In this document: positions 43,467 through 53,231 of the stretch, in pieces
How positions within the stretch are numbered: the first letter of the stretch is position 1
How the letters are laid out: each line of letters starts with the position of its first letter
Source: Candidatus Moranbacteria bacterium UBA2282
GTDB taxonomy: Bacteria; Patescibacteriota; Minisyncoccia; Moranbacterales; UBA2206
NCBI GenBank assembly: GCA_002345745.1
Contig: DDWQ01000021.1
Coordinates: 1-59,911 of the forward strand
Direction of reading: 5' to 3'
DNA: 59,911 bases
Translations under genes and position numbers: made by a program
Notes under the pieces: model-generated
Database searches by the model: none
The model's input: only the letters and a program-made list of their open reading frames with translations
Told to the model about the DNA's origin: nothing

Positions 43467-45470
43467 ATGAAATTTGAAATTAACTCCAAATACAAACCTG
43501 CTGGGGATCAACCCCAAGCGATTGAAAAGCTGGTAGTGGGACTTGAGGCTGGAAAAAAATTCCAGACGTTGTTGGGTGTGACAGGGTCTGGTAAGACTTT
43601 TACCATCGCCAACGTGATTGAAAAAGTGCAGAAACCCACTTTAGTCATTGCCCCAAATAAAACGCTAGCAGCTCAATTGGCGCAAGAATTTCGCACTTTT
43701 TTTCCGAAAAATGCGGTGGAATATTTTGTGTCATACTATGATTACTACCAACCGGAAGCCTATATCGCATCCTCGGACACTTATATTGAAAAAGAATCAC
43801 AAATCAACGAAGAGATTGACCGTTTGCGTCACGCCTCCACAGTGGCTTTGCTTTCTCGTAGCGACGTGATTATCGTGGCTTCCGTTTCCTGCATCTATGG
43901 CTTGGGTTCGCCAGAATATTATCGGGAGATTGCACTTAAAATTGCAGTTGACCAAAAAATTTCGCGTTCGGAGATTGTGCAAAAATTAATCGAGATGCAA
44001 TATTTGCGAACAGATGTGCTTGGTCGGGCAAAATTTCGTATGATTGGAGAAACGATTGAAATTATGTCTCCAGCTCGTGAAATTGTCACACGCATTGAAC
44101 TGCAGAACGAAAAAGTGGAGAAAATTTTTGAATATGATTTTTTAACAGGCAATGAACTGGGGAAACTAGATCAAGCTCTGATCTTCCCAGCCAAACATTT
44201 CGTAGTACCCGAACCAATTATGGTGGCTGCGCAAGATAAAATAAAAATCGATTTAGAGGTGCAATTAAAATTTTTGAAAAGCCAAGGTAAATTATTGGAA
44301 GCAGAAAGACTTACTCGGCGAACGAGGCAAGACATTGAAATGATGCGGGAAATTGGTTATTGTAATGGCATTGAAAACTATTCACGTTATTTGACGGATC
44401 GCAATGTCGGTGAAGCACCATATACGTTGATGGACTACTTCAGTAAAGATTTCTTAGTAGTGATTGATGAATCGCATGTTACCATTCCACAGGTGGGAGG
44501 AATGTTTAATGGTGATTTTTCGCGCAAAAAATCTTTGGTGGATAATGGTTTTCGTTTGCCTAGTGCCTTTGATAATCGGCCGTTGAAGTTTGCTGAATTT
44601 GAAGAAAAATTAAATCAAGTGATTTTTACTTCGGCAACACCAGCGGAATATGAAAAAGTCCATTCGCAACAAGTAGTGGAACAAATCATTCGTCCAACAG
44701 GACTCATTGATCCGGAAATTATAATCAAGCCGGCCCGCCTCGCGTCGACGAGCGGTAGTCTCCGCGAGTCGAGGCGGGCTAAAGGGCAAGTGAAAGATGT
44801 GTTAGAAGAAATTGAAAAAGTGATTATTAAGAAAGAAAGAGTGCTCATCACCACATTGACCAAGAAAATGGCGGAAGATTTGTCGGAATTTTTGAAGGAA
44901 AATAAAATTAAGACAGAATATTTGCACTCAGACGTTGATACTTTGGATCGCATTCGCATTCTGGAAAATTTGCGTCGCGGAGAATTTGATGTTTTAGTGG
45001 GGGTGAATCTTTTGCGTGAAGGGTTGGATTTGCCGGAAGTTTCTTTAGTAGCCATTCTTGATGCAGACAAAGAAGGGTTTTTACGCAGTGAAACTTCGCT
45101 CATTCAAACTATCGGGCGCGCAGCACGCAACGTTTCTGGTCGGGTGATTTTGTATGCGGATAAAATCACGGGTTCAATGCAACGAGCAATTTCTGAAACC
45201 AATCGCCGGCGCGCAGTGCAAACAGCTTACAACAAAAAGCATCACATTACGCCAAAAACAATTAAGAAAAATATTGAGTCAATTGTCGATCATGAAATTA
45301 AGCCGGAATTCACTCGAGATTTTACTGAGTTGGAATCACTGGAAGATATCCAAGGCTACATCAAACAGAAAGAAAAGGAAATGAAAATAGCGTCCAAGGC
45401 TCTACAGTTTGAAAAAGCTGCCATTATTCGTGATGAAATAATGCAATTGCGAAAATTACAGTTGAAGTAA
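43467..45470 (+). CDS. uvrB: Excinuclease ABC subunit B
   Basis: GVTGSGKTF Walker A, the beta-hairpin region, DESHVT, helicase motifs and a C-terminal UVR domain ([11 protein letters not shown]). Confidence 0.95.
   Translation: MKFEINSKYKPAGDQPQAIEKLVVGLEAGKKFQTLLGVTGSGKTFTIANVIEKVQKPTLVIAPNKTLAAQLAQEFRTFFPKNAVEYFVSYYDYYQPEAYIASSDTYIEKESQINEEIDRLRHASTVALLSRSDVIIVASVSCIYGLGSPEYYREIALKIAVDQKISRSEIVQKLIEMQYLRTDVLGRAKFRMIGETIEIMSPAREIVTRIELQNEKVEKIFEYDFLTGNELGKLDQALIFPAKHFVVPEPIMVAAQDKIKIDLEVQLKFLKSQGKLLEAERLTRRTRQDIEMMREIGYCNGIENYSRYLTDRNVGEAPYTLMDYFSKDFLVVIDESHVTIPQVGGMFNGDFSRKKSLVDNGFRLPSAFDNRPLKFAEFEEKLNQVIFTSATPAEYEKVHSQQVVEQIIRPTGLIDPEIIIKPARLASTSGSLRESRRAKGQVKDVLEEIEKVIIKKERVLITTLTKKMAEDLSEFLKENKIKTEYLHSDVDTLDRIRILENLRRGEFDVLVGVNLLREGLDLPEVSLVAILDADKEGFLRSETSLIQTIGRAARNVSGRVILYADKITGSMQRAISETNRRRAVQTAYNKKHHITPKTIKKNIESIVDHEIKPEFTRDFTELESLEDIQGYIKQKEKEMKIASKALQFEKAAIIRDEIMQLRKLQLK
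44733..44779. repeat. GC-rich palindromic insert inside uvrB
   Basis: GCCCGCCTCG (44733-44742) pairs with CGAGGCGGGC (44770-44779). It encodes the extra peptide ~[16 protein letters not shown]. Confidence 0.75.
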
Positions 45471-45519
45471 AAGTCCTGCTACACGACAGGTCTAATGATG
45501 CAATTAAAAATTTATAAAG

Positions 45520-45546
45520 AAGCAGTTTAATTTACTGCTTTTTTTT
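45520..45546 (+). terminator. Rho-independent terminator after uvrB
   Basis: AAGCAGT ttaattt ACTGCTT followed by T-run. Confidence 0.75.
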
Positions 45547-45573
45547 ATGGCTAGAATAGTGTAAAATGATATT

Positions 45574-46278
45574 ATGGAAACGTCAATTATTATCCGAACT
45601 AAAAACGAAGAAAAATGGATTAGTACGGTTTTGGAAAAGTTATATCGACAGACATATAATGATTTTGAAATCATAGTCGTGGATTCCGGTTCTATAGATA
45701 GGACTTTGGAGATAGTTTCAAAATATCCTGTCAATCTGTTCCAGATAAAGCCGGAAGAATTTTCCTATCCATATGCGTTGAATTTTGGATGTAGGAATGC
45801 TAAGGCGGAAAAATACTTTGTTTTTTTAAGTGCTCATTCACTGCCGATTTCCGAGACATGGCTACAGGATGGTATAGATAATTTTGAAAATGAAACTATT
45901 GCGGGGGTTTATTGTAATGTAACAGCTCTTCCTGATGCGACAATCTGGGAGAAACTGATATTTAATAATTTTTGGCACAAGAAAGAAAAAATAATAGTAG
46001 GTAGTGCAAGGATGGGTGTTTTAGGATTTACCAATGCGATTATCCGGAGAAGTCTATGGGAACAAAGAAGCTTGAATGAAGAATATGGCAAAGGCGGGGA
46101 GGATGGAGAATGGGCTGGATATTGGATGAATAAGGGGTATGGGATTATTTGTGATCCACGCTTTGCTGTCTATCATTCTCATGGTCTGGGATTGATTGGG
46201 TTGGCTAGGCAATGGTATCACTGGTGGGACACGGCCACACCAGGTCCGTATAAGAAACTTAATTATCGAAAAAAATGA
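45574..46278 (+). CDS. Glycosyltransferase family 2
   Basis: SIIIRTKNEEKWI...L..QTY.DFEIIVVDSGS.D.T GT-A fold N-terminus. Confidence 0.8.
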   Translation: METSIIIRTKNEEKWISTVLEKLYRQTYNDFEIIVVDSGSIDRTLEIVSKYPVNLFQIKPEEFSYPYALNFGCRNAKAEKYFVFLSAHSLPISETWLQDGIDNFENETIAGVYCNVTALPDATIWEKLIFNNFWHKKEKIIVGSARMGVLGFTNAIIRRSLWEQRSLNEEYGKGGEDGEWAGYWMNKGYGIICDPRFAVYHSHGLGLIGLARQWYHWWDTATPGPYKKLNYRKK

Positions 46279-47492
46279 ATAATAAATTTCCAACAGGTTT
46301 TTTGTGGGGCGTGGCCGCGTCTTCTTATCAGATTGAAGGTAATAACGCCAACTCTGATTGGTGGGAGTGGGAAAAAGCCGGCAAAGCCGATGATCAATCT
46401 GGCATTGCTTGCGATTATTGGAATCGATATAAAAGCGATCATGATTTAATTCAGGAGCTAGGAGTGAAAGTTTTCAGATCGTCCATTGAATGGTCGCGCA
46501 TTGAACCAGAAGAAGGTGTTTTTTCTCAAGAAGCCATACAACATTACAGGGAGATTTTTCAGGATCTAAAAAATCGTGGTATAAAAACTCAAATAACTTT
46601 GTGGTGGTGGACGAGCCCGATCTGGTTTCAAAAAAACTATGGTTTTCAAAATAAAAAATCAGTTGCAATTTTTTCGCGTTATGCAGAAACTGTTGCCAGA
46701 GAGTTAGGCGATCTAATAGACATTTACACTATTCTGAACGAACCGATGGTACCTCTTGGGCAAGGATTTTTGGCAGGAGCTTTCCCACCAGGATATGTCA
46801 ACCCATTTAAATTTTGGAGGGCTGTTAATAATTTAGCTAAAGCCTATATAGAATCATATAAAAAAATCCACGCGATAAAATCTGATGCTCAAGTTGGTAT
46901 TAGCTATTTATATAATTGGTACGAATCAAACAACTGGCTATTAAAAATTTTAAATAGAATTCTTAAATGGTACAGGATTGATTTATTGGGTAACAAGATA
47001 AAGGATTATCAGGATTACTTCGGCCTTAATTACTATCGTCTGGGTAAAATAGAATTTAATTGGAGGAATATTCGATTGGATTCAAAAAATCAAATCTACT
47101 TTGGGTTTACTGTTGTCACGAATAAACATAATATTATGAACTGGGTTGCTTATCCGGAAGGTATGGAAAAAGCAATAAAACAGGCTTATGAAAAATATAA
47201 GGTTCCGATTTTTATAACTGAGAATGGAGTCCCAACAGACAAGGGACTAGATGACAATGAGAGAATTGATTTTATTAATAATCATCTTAAATTTATAAAA
47301 AAGGTGATAGATGATGGCGTGGAAGTGCAGGGTTATAACTTTTGGTCATTGTTTGATAATTTGGAATGGCTATATGGATATAAGCCCCGCTTCGGTCTAA
47401 TTGAAATTGATTACAAAACTCTTGAGCGAAAGCCAAGAAAAAGTTTCTATATTTATAAAGAGATAATTGAAAATAATGGGATAAAAGGGTGA
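46275..47492 (+). CDS. Beta-glucosidase, glycoside hydrolase family 1
   Basis: FP.GFLWG.A.SSYQIEG, acid/base NEP (ILNEPMV) and nucleophile ITENG. The start shares a 4-nt ATGA overlap with the GT2 gene. Confidence 0.85.
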   Translation: MNNKFPTGFLWGVAASSYQIEGNNANSDWWEWEKAGKADDQSGIACDYWNRYKSDHDLIQELGVKVFRSSIEWSRIEPEEGVFSQEAIQHYREIFQDLKNRGIKTQITLWWWTSPIWFQKNYGFQNKKSVAIFSRYAETVARELGDLIDIYTILNEPMVPLGQGFLAGAFPPGYVNPFKFWRAVNNLAKAYIESYKKIHAIKSDAQVGISYLYNWYESNNWLLKILNRILKWYRIDLLGNKIKDYQDYFGLNYYRLGKIEFNWRNIRLDSKNQIYFGFTVVTNKHNIMNWVAYPEGMEKAIKQAYEKYKVPIFITENGVPTDKGLDDNERIDFINNHLKFIKKVIDDGVEVQGYNFWSLFDNLEWLYGYKPRFGLIEIDYKTLERKPRKSFYIYKEIIENNGIKG

Positions 47493-47675
47493 AAAGGGTA
47501 AAAGGGCTGAACGGGTAGGAAAGGGACAAAAGGAAAGGGGTAGAACGGGAGTAAAAGGCGGAAAGGGAAAAAGGAAAAAATGGGAATAAAGGGTGGAAGG
47601 GGATGAATGGGTTGGAAAAGGGAAATAAAGGGATGAAATGGGGTTAACGGGAGGAGAGGGATGGAATAAAAGGGC
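47478..47675 (+). repeat. Array of 19 G-tracts (G3-4) spaced about 8-10 nt apart in an A-rich background
   Basis: GGG runs begin at 47478, 47487, 47496, 47504, 47513, 47523, 47537, 47547, 47565, 47582, 47591, 47599, 47609, 47620, 47630, 47640, 47649, 47658 and 47672. The array starts in the last codons of the GH1 gene. Confidence 0.85.
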
Positions 47676-47680
47676 AAGTT

Positions 47681-47801
47681 TCCCATTTGATATCCCTTTA
47701 CAATACCCATTTAAATTCCCCTTACATCCAATTATAGTGTCTTTTCAATTTCTAATGCTCTCCCTTTAAATCCCATTACAATGCCCCTTAGACCCATCCC
47801 C
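47681..47801 (+). repeat. Opposing array of 9 C-tracts (C3-4) in a T/A background
   Basis: CCC runs begin at 47682, 47694, 47706, 47718, 47762, 47772, 47784, 47793 and 47798. They are roughly complementary in style to the G-tract array. Confidence 0.8.
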
Positions 47802-47828
47802 TTATCTAATTTAATTTACAAAAAAACT

Positions 47829-48605
47829 ATGTTAAAGCCTCCGCGACAACCCTATGGATTCAAAAATCTGCTGGCTTATAAAAAAGCCGAGGAGTTGCAA
47901 ATGGAATGTTCTCGGGTCACGGCACAGTTTCCAAAATATAAAACTCTGATTGCCTTGGCTGACCAAATGGATCGTTCGGCGCGTTCAACCAAGCAAAATA
48001 TCGTCGAGGGTTGGAAAAGAAATTCAACGAAAGAATATTATGATTTTTTAGGGTTTTCAATTGGAGCTAATACTGAATTGGAAGAAGATTGTAACGACAT
48101 TTGGCGCGGAGCTTATCTGGACTTAATGAGGATAACGGGGGTAATGGGAGTAATGGGTGAAAAGGGAAATGGGGTAGCTCGCTCAACTTCTCCAGTTCCC
48201 TCAGTCTATTCTTCATCTTCAATCCTTTCTTCTTCTCCAGTTCCCTCAGTCTATTCTTCCAACTCAGCATCTTCTGACTTCGAATCACAATCCCATTTAA
48301 CCCCCTTCAACCCTTTAATCCCTTTTGATATTGAAAAAATTCCCTTCTATCCCCTTAATAAAAATCTGCCTTTAGTTATCCAATTGAAACTGCGTTGTAA
48401 GGAGCTTAATTATTTACTGAATCAACTGCAAAAAGCACTGGAAGTCAAAATGCTTCAAGAAAAAACTTTGTCAGGTGGTGACATCGCGAGAAATTATTTG
48501 CAGGCGATAGATAAAAACAAAAAACAAGACGATATTTTTTTAGAACAATATGGATTTGTGCGTCTTGAAAACGGACAAGTCATTGCAAAAAATCAAGATG
48601 GATAA
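47829..48605 (+). CDS. Four-helix-bundle protein (23S rRNA intervening-sequence protein family) with an internal low-complexity insert and a C-terminal suffix domain
   Basis: LLAYKKAEEL....R....FPK.......DQM.RSARS..QNIVEGW.R.S.KEY..FL.FS.G...EL is the family signature. ATG at 47829 is preferred over 47781, which lies within the C-tract array. Confidence 0.7.
   Translation: MLKPPRQPYGFKNLLAYKKAEELQMECSRVTAQFPKYKTLIALADQMDRSARSTKQNIVEGWKRNSTKEYYDFLGFSIGANTELEEDCNDIWRGAYLDLMRITGVMGVMGEKGNGVARSTSPVPSVYSSSSILSSSPVPSVYSSNSASSDFESQSHLTPFNPLIPFDIEKIPFYPLNKNLPLVIQLKLRCKELNYLLNQLQKALEVKMLQEKTLSGGDIARNYLQAIDKNKKQDDIFLEQYGFVRLENGQVIAKNQDG
48187..48259 (+). repeat. 28-nt direct repeat (x2, 45-nt period) inside the four-helix-bundle gene
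   Basis: CTTCTCCAGTTCCCTCAGTCTATTCTTC at 48187-48214 and 48232-48259 (peptide SPVPSVYSS x2). Confidence 0.8.
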
Positions 48606-49161
48606 GAGAAAAATAAACATCAACGGCAAAGACATAGAATATGTTTTTAAACGGACCAAGGGCTCTAAGAGCGTGAAGTTGGCGATTTATGCCGATGGGC
48701 GTTTTGTCGTTTCGGCGCCAAAGTGGTATCCTATATATGTAGTCAGTAAATTTCTTGAAGAAAAAGCGCAATGGATTTTCGAGCAAGTGAAAGATGTTGA
48801 TTTTGATCTTTTGAACAAGAAACAGGAAGCGGAGAGTCTAGATTATAAAAAATCTGTAAAACTAGCTAGAAGCATTATTCATAGTCGATTAGAATTTTTT
48901 AATTGTCACTATAATTTTGTTTATAATCGCGTAGCCATCAAGAATCAGAAGACTTGCTGGGGAAGTTGCAGTCAAAAGGCCAATCTGAATTTTAATTATA
49001 AAATTATTAATTTGTCTTCGGAAATGCGTGACTATGTGATTGTGCATGAATTGTGTCATTTGCAAGAATTAAATCACAGTCAACGATTTTGGAATTTGGT
49101 TTCACAAACTGTACCAAATTATCGGACACTAAGAAGGCAACTGCAAAATATAAAAAATTAA
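48598..49161 (+). CDS. YgjP-like metallopeptidase (DUF45 / M48 superfamily)
   Basis: HELCHL HExxH motif followed by NHS.RFW. ATG at 48598 overlaps the previous stop (ATGGATAA). Confidence 0.75.
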   Translation: MDKRKININGKDIEYVFKRTKGSKSVKLAIYADGRFVVSAPKWYPIYVVSKFLEEKAQWIFEQVKDVDFDLLNKKQEAESLDYKKSVKLARSIIHSRLEFFNCHYNFVYNRVAIKNQKTCWGSCSQKANLNFNYKIINLSSEMRDYVIVHELCHLQELNHSQRFWNLVSQTVPNYRTLRRQLQNIKN

Positions 49162-49193
49162 AAATAATCAGTCTAGAGCTGAAAAACAAAAAC

Positions 49194-50174
49194 ATGAGTT
49201 ATATAGCTATCGCAGTTATTGCATATTTTCTAGTGGCATTGGAGGTTATTCTGGATAAATTTTTGTTAACTTCAAAAAGAGTTTCCCATCCAGCTATCTA
49301 CGCTTTCTACTCTGGGCTACTAACATCCTTTGTGTTTTTCATGGTGCCCTTTAGTTTTCACCAGATGAGTTTGTATTACGCTTTGCTTAGTCTGTTAACC
49401 GGAATGATTTTCACGTATGGTATTTTGTCATTATTTTTTGCAATTAATAAAAGTGAAGCTAGTCGAGTTATGCCTGTTGTGGGTGCTGTGATTCCCATAA
49501 TGACATTTGTTCTTTCCGTGGCTTTTTTGGCAGAAAGATTGCGGAATGTGCAGTTGGTTGGCGTGCTAGCTTTAATTCTCGGTGGCTTGTTAATTTCTTT
49601 TGATTTCCCACTGAAAAATAAAAAAAAGTTTTTTCTGGGCTTCGAGCTTTCAATAGTAGCGGGAATATTACTAGGTATTGAGGTGACCCTTTTTAAATAT
49701 CTGAGCGATTATTATACTTTCGCGAATGTTTTTATTTGGACTCGTTGGGGGGTTACTCTTGGAGCATTGAGTTTGCTGATAATTCCAAGTTGGAGAAAAG
49801 TCATTATGAATTCTTTCGGCAGTTTCAGACACTCTAAAAAAGAACATCATCAGACTGGCGGTTTATTTATTTTAAATAAGATTTTGGGAGGTGCAGGGTC
49901 AATCTTGACCAAAAAAGCTATTACACTAGGAAGTGCCACAATAGTAAGCGCACTAGTTTCAACGGAATATGTCTTTATTCTTTTGATTGGACTTATTATG
50001 TCTTTTCAACTTCCAAAAATATTTCAAGAAAAAGAAACGTTCTTGGATATTACTCAGAAAGTAGTTTCCATTCTGATTATTTCACTTGGAGTTTTTTTGA
50101 TATCAAAAAATGCAGACTTTAATTTATTTTATTTCATAGGACATATTTATAATCAACTCATAAACCAAATTTAA
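49194..50174 (+). CDS. EamA/DMT-like multi-pass membrane protein
   Basis: About 10 predicted TM helices in two halves. ATG at 49194. The ORF-track start at 49053 overlaps the previous gene. Confidence 0.5.
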   Translation: MSYIAIAVIAYFLVALEVILDKFLLTSKRVSHPAIYAFYSGLLTSFVFFMVPFSFHQMSLYYALLSLLTGMIFTYGILSLFFAINKSEASRVMPVVGAVIPIMTFVLSVAFLAERLRNVQLVGVLALILGGLLISFDFPLKNKKKFFLGFELSIVAGILLGIEVTLFKYLSDYYTFANVFIWTRWGVTLGALSLLIIPSWRKVIMNSFGSFRHSKKEHHQTGGLFILNKILGGAGSILTKKAITLGSATIVSALVSTEYVFILLIGLIMSFQLPKIFQEKETFLDITQKVVSILIISLGVFLISKNADFNLFYFIGHIYNQLINQI

Positions 50175-50178
50175 TTTA

Positions 50179-51195
50179 ATGGAAATTTCTAAAAAAATAC
50201 TGAAAGTTATTGGGTTAATAGTAAGCATTTTAATTGGTTTAATAATTGTAATTTTTGGTTATTTTAATTTGCCGATTGAAAATAACAATGATGGGGCAAA
50301 ACTCGGTATGACATTTTCTAATACCTATGCCACAAGCATTGGACTGAATTGGAAAGAGACTTATATCGCGATGCTAGATGATTTGCAAATTAAAAAAATT
50401 AGAATTCCAGTCTATTGGGATTCAGTTGAAGCAACGCAAGGAACTTATGATTTTACTGATGTTGACTGGCAATTGGAGGAAGCTACGAAAAGAAAGGCGG
50501 AAATTATTTTAGCCATTGGTCAGAAAACTCCACGCTGGCCGGAATGCAATGTTCCGAGCTGGGCTAAAAATGATGATGATGTCAGGAAAGAGAACCTTTT
50601 AAAATATGTTGCTGCTACGATGCAAAGATATAAAAATGACCCAGTAGTAAAATATTGGCAAATTGAGAATGAACCATTTTTGCCCTTTGGAATTTGCCCA
50701 ACTCCTGACCCAGCTTTGTTGGATCAGGAATTAGCAGTCGCAAGATCAATTGATAATACTCGACCAATCATTGTGACTGACAGCGGGGAGTTGAGTTTGT
50801 GGGTGCAAGCTGCCAAGCGTGCTGACATTTTTGGCACAACGATGTACCGCACCATTTGGAAAAAAGAAATTGGCTATTTTGAATATCCAATCGGTCCACG
50901 TTTTTTTCAGGTTAAGCATAGTTTGATTAAACTTTTCGCTAATCAGAACAATGCAATCGTCATTGAATTGCAAGCTGAACCATGGATTAATGGTTCAACC
51001 ACAGACAATACTTTGGAAGAACAATTTAAATCTATGAATCCAGCACAGCTGAGGGGAAATGTTGACTATGCGGAAAGAGTTGGCTTTCCTGAAATATATT
51101 TGTGGGGAGTTGAATGGTGGTATTGGTTAAAAGAAAAACAAAATCATCCAGAATTGTGGGATACGGCTCGCGAACTGTTTCGAAACAGGCAATAG
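50179..51195 (+). CDS. Membrane-anchored clan GH-A glycoside hydrolase (GH42/GH5-like TIM barrel)
   Basis: N-terminal TM helix, IRIPVYWDSVEATQGTYDF..VDWQLE and a WQIENEP acid/base-type motif. Confidence 0.55.
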   Translation: MEISKKILKVIGLIVSILIGLIIVIFGYFNLPIENNNDGAKLGMTFSNTYATSIGLNWKETYIAMLDDLQIKKIRIPVYWDSVEATQGTYDFTDVDWQLEEATKRKAEIILAIGQKTPRWPECNVPSWAKNDDDVRKENLLKYVAATMQRYKNDPVVKYWQIENEPFLPFGICPTPDPALLDQELAVARSIDNTRPIIVTDSGELSLWVQAAKRADIFGTTMYRTIWKKEIGYFEYPIGPRFFQVKHSLIKLFANQNNAIVIELQAEPWINGSTTDNTLEEQFKSMNPAQLRGNVDYAERVGFPEIYLWGVEWWYWLKEKQNHPELWDTARELFRNRQ

Positions 51196-51214
51196 TTTTA
51201 AGACTAACTTTTTT

Positions 51215-52354
51215 ATGTCGAAAGTATTTAAAAAATCAATGCAAATGTTGCTCCTGATACTTCTTGTGGTTGGTGGCGTGTTGGGTATTTCTTTTGGTAT
51301 CAACGCATATCCGGATATTTTTAGGGTGGCACTTCGTGTAGAAAAAAATACGGAAATTTTACCGGATGAAGCAATTCAGATAAATTTTTCACAGGCAGTT
51401 TCAGTAGAGAGCTATAAAGACAGGATTAATATTGTGCCAAATGATGATTTTGATGTGCAATGGAAAAATTCAAATAAGACTTTGGTCATTGTTCCGAAAA
51501 AATTTTGGAAAATGGAAACCGAATATAAAGTTAGTCTATTGGCTGGCCGTAGTAAATTTTATACCGAAGTTGGGGAATATGAATTCAACTTTACTACTAT
51601 TAAATATCCAGTAGTAATAGGCGTCACACCAAAAAATGGTAGCACAGATGTTGTATTTGATATTGAAGACCCCCTCGTGATTAATTTTGAACAATCATTT
51701 AAAAATTTCTGGATAAATTTTAATTTTAATCCACCTATTGAAGTTGCGTATGCAGTTGATTCAGAAAAAAATCAATTTAAAATAATACCACAAACAGCAA
51801 TTCAAGCTGGTATTAAATATGATGTTTCAGTGCTGGCTAAATATAAACAAGATTCTGACGATAGTTATCAGAAAATTTTTACTAGCAATTTTGAAATTCT
51901 TCCGCCACCTCCAGAGACTTGGGAGCGTGATTTGATTCTTCGAGTAGCACAAGTCAGAAAACTTACACGTGCTAAAATCAAAGAAGGAAAATATATTGAT
52001 GTTAATTTAGCGGGTCAGGTTATGGCTATCTTTGAAAATGGAAAGGTGCTGGATGCGTTTGTGGTGTCTTCAGGTAAGCGTGGGATGGATACGCCTAAAG
52101 GCTCTTTCAAGATTGAAAACAAGGCCGCCCGCCCTTGGTCAAAGACCTATAGCCTTTTTATGCCAAACTGGATGGCAATAGTACCAAGTGGCAAATTTGG
52201 CATCCACGAGTTGCCAGAGTGGCCGGGTGGCTATAAAGAGGGAGAGAATCACCTTGGTACACCTGTTTCACACGGTTGTATTCGTTTGGGTGTCGGAGCA
52301 GCAAAACGGGTTTTTGATTGGGCGGAAATAGGAACGCCAGTGATTGTATATTAG
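51215..52354 (+). CDS. L,D-transpeptidase (YkuD domain) with N-terminal Ig-like domains
   Basis: The C-terminal catalytic block reads GIHE.......G...SHGCIRL. There is an N-terminal TM anchor. Confidence 0.8.
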   Translation: MSKVFKKSMQMLLLILLVVGGVLGISFGINAYPDIFRVALRVEKNTEILPDEAIQINFSQAVSVESYKDRINIVPNDDFDVQWKNSNKTLVIVPKKFWKMETEYKVSLLAGRSKFYTEVGEYEFNFTTIKYPVVIGVTPKNGSTDVVFDIEDPLVINFEQSFKNFWINFNFNPPIEVAYAVDSEKNQFKIIPQTAIQAGIKYDVSVLAKYKQDSDDSYQKIFTSNFEILPPPPETWERDLILRVAQVRKLTRAKIKEGKYIDVNLAGQVMAIFENGKVLDAFVVSSGKRGMDTPKGSFKIENKAARPWSKTYSLFMPNWMAIVPSGKFGIHELPEWPGGYKEGENHLGTPVSHGCIRLGVGAAKRVFDWAEIGTPVIVY

Positions 52355-52370
52355 AGTTCTAGATTAGTCT

Positions 52371-53138
52371 ATGATTAAATTTTTAAAATATTTTTATGTT
52401 GTTTTCGTGGCAGTAATCAGCATTGCTGTAATTTTTTTGTTGCTAAATAAAAAAGTGCAGGTTCCTGTTGAAGAAAATAATATTGTTGTTATAAAAAATA
52501 AAACAAATATTTCCGAAGAAAACATAGTGCCAGAAGAATCAACAAATAATATAGCAGTTGATAAGAATATTCCCAATAAAATTTTGATTGAAGTGCCATT
52601 TACTACGCAGGCACCTTTTGCAAATTGGGATATTTTTCATGAAGAAGCATGTGAAGAGGCAGCGTTATTGATGATGAAATATTATTTAGACGGCAAAAAG
52701 CTTACACCAGAAATTGCAGAGCGTGAAATTCAGGCAATACTGGCTTATGAAATAAAAGAGTATGGTAAATATGAAGATAGCAGTGCCGAGGAGTTGGTGC
52801 AGTTAGCAGCTGATTTTTATAATATTCAAAATTTAAAAGTAGTATATGATTTTTCACCAAGTGATTTGCAAACACAACTAAGTTTGGGAAAGCCAGTTAT
52901 AGTGCCAGCAGCTGGACGTCTCTTGGGCAATCCAAACTTCAAAGTACCCGGACCACTCTATCACGCATTAGTGCTGGTTGGTTATGACGGAGATAATATT
53001 ATTACTAATGATGCAGGGACAAAAAGAGGCAAAGGTTATCAATATAAAATAACCACATTATATAATGCCATTCATGATTTTTCTGGTGACTTAGCACAAA
53101 TTGAAAAAGGCAGAAAGGCGATGATTGTTTTGGAATAG
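52371..53138 (+). CDS. Peptidase C39-like domain protein, membrane-anchored
   Basis: VPFTTQAPFANWD...EEACEEAALLM.. and ...H.LVLVGYD pattern. Confidence 0.65.
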   Translation: MIKFLKYFYVVFVAVISIAVIFLLLNKKVQVPVEENNIVVIKNKTNISEENIVPEESTNNIAVDKNIPNKILIEVPFTTQAPFANWDIFHEEACEEAALLMMKYYLDGKKLTPEIAEREIQAILAYEIKEYGKYEDSSAEELVQLAADFYNIQNLKVVYDFSPSDLQTQLSLGKPVIVPAAGRLLGNPNFKVPGPLYHALVLVGYDGDNIITNDAGTKRGKGYQYKITTLYNAIHDFSGDLAQIEKGRKAMIVLE

Positions 53139-53231
53139 CTGTTTTTCGTGGTAAAATTAAAGAAGAAAAAGAAAAGTCCGCTAGCAATAAATTTATTGGA
53201 AAGTGGAAAACTAGAAAGAGAGGTGATACTT

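Noticed and set aside
47453-47710. 85-aa minus-strand ORF encoding a striking Pro/Phe-rich repeat peptide (PFYPFPFVPFLPV...).
   Set aside because: It is simply the translation of the complementary strand of the G-tract/A-tract array (CCC=P, TTT=F). It overlaps the GH1 3' end and has no promoter or start context. I treat the DNA repeat as the real feature.
47478-47801. Possible CRISPR array, because of regularly spaced short repeats.
   Set aside because: The period is only ~9-10 nt and the units are degenerate. There are no 25-40-nt conserved repeats alternating with unique spacers, and no cas genes are in the window.
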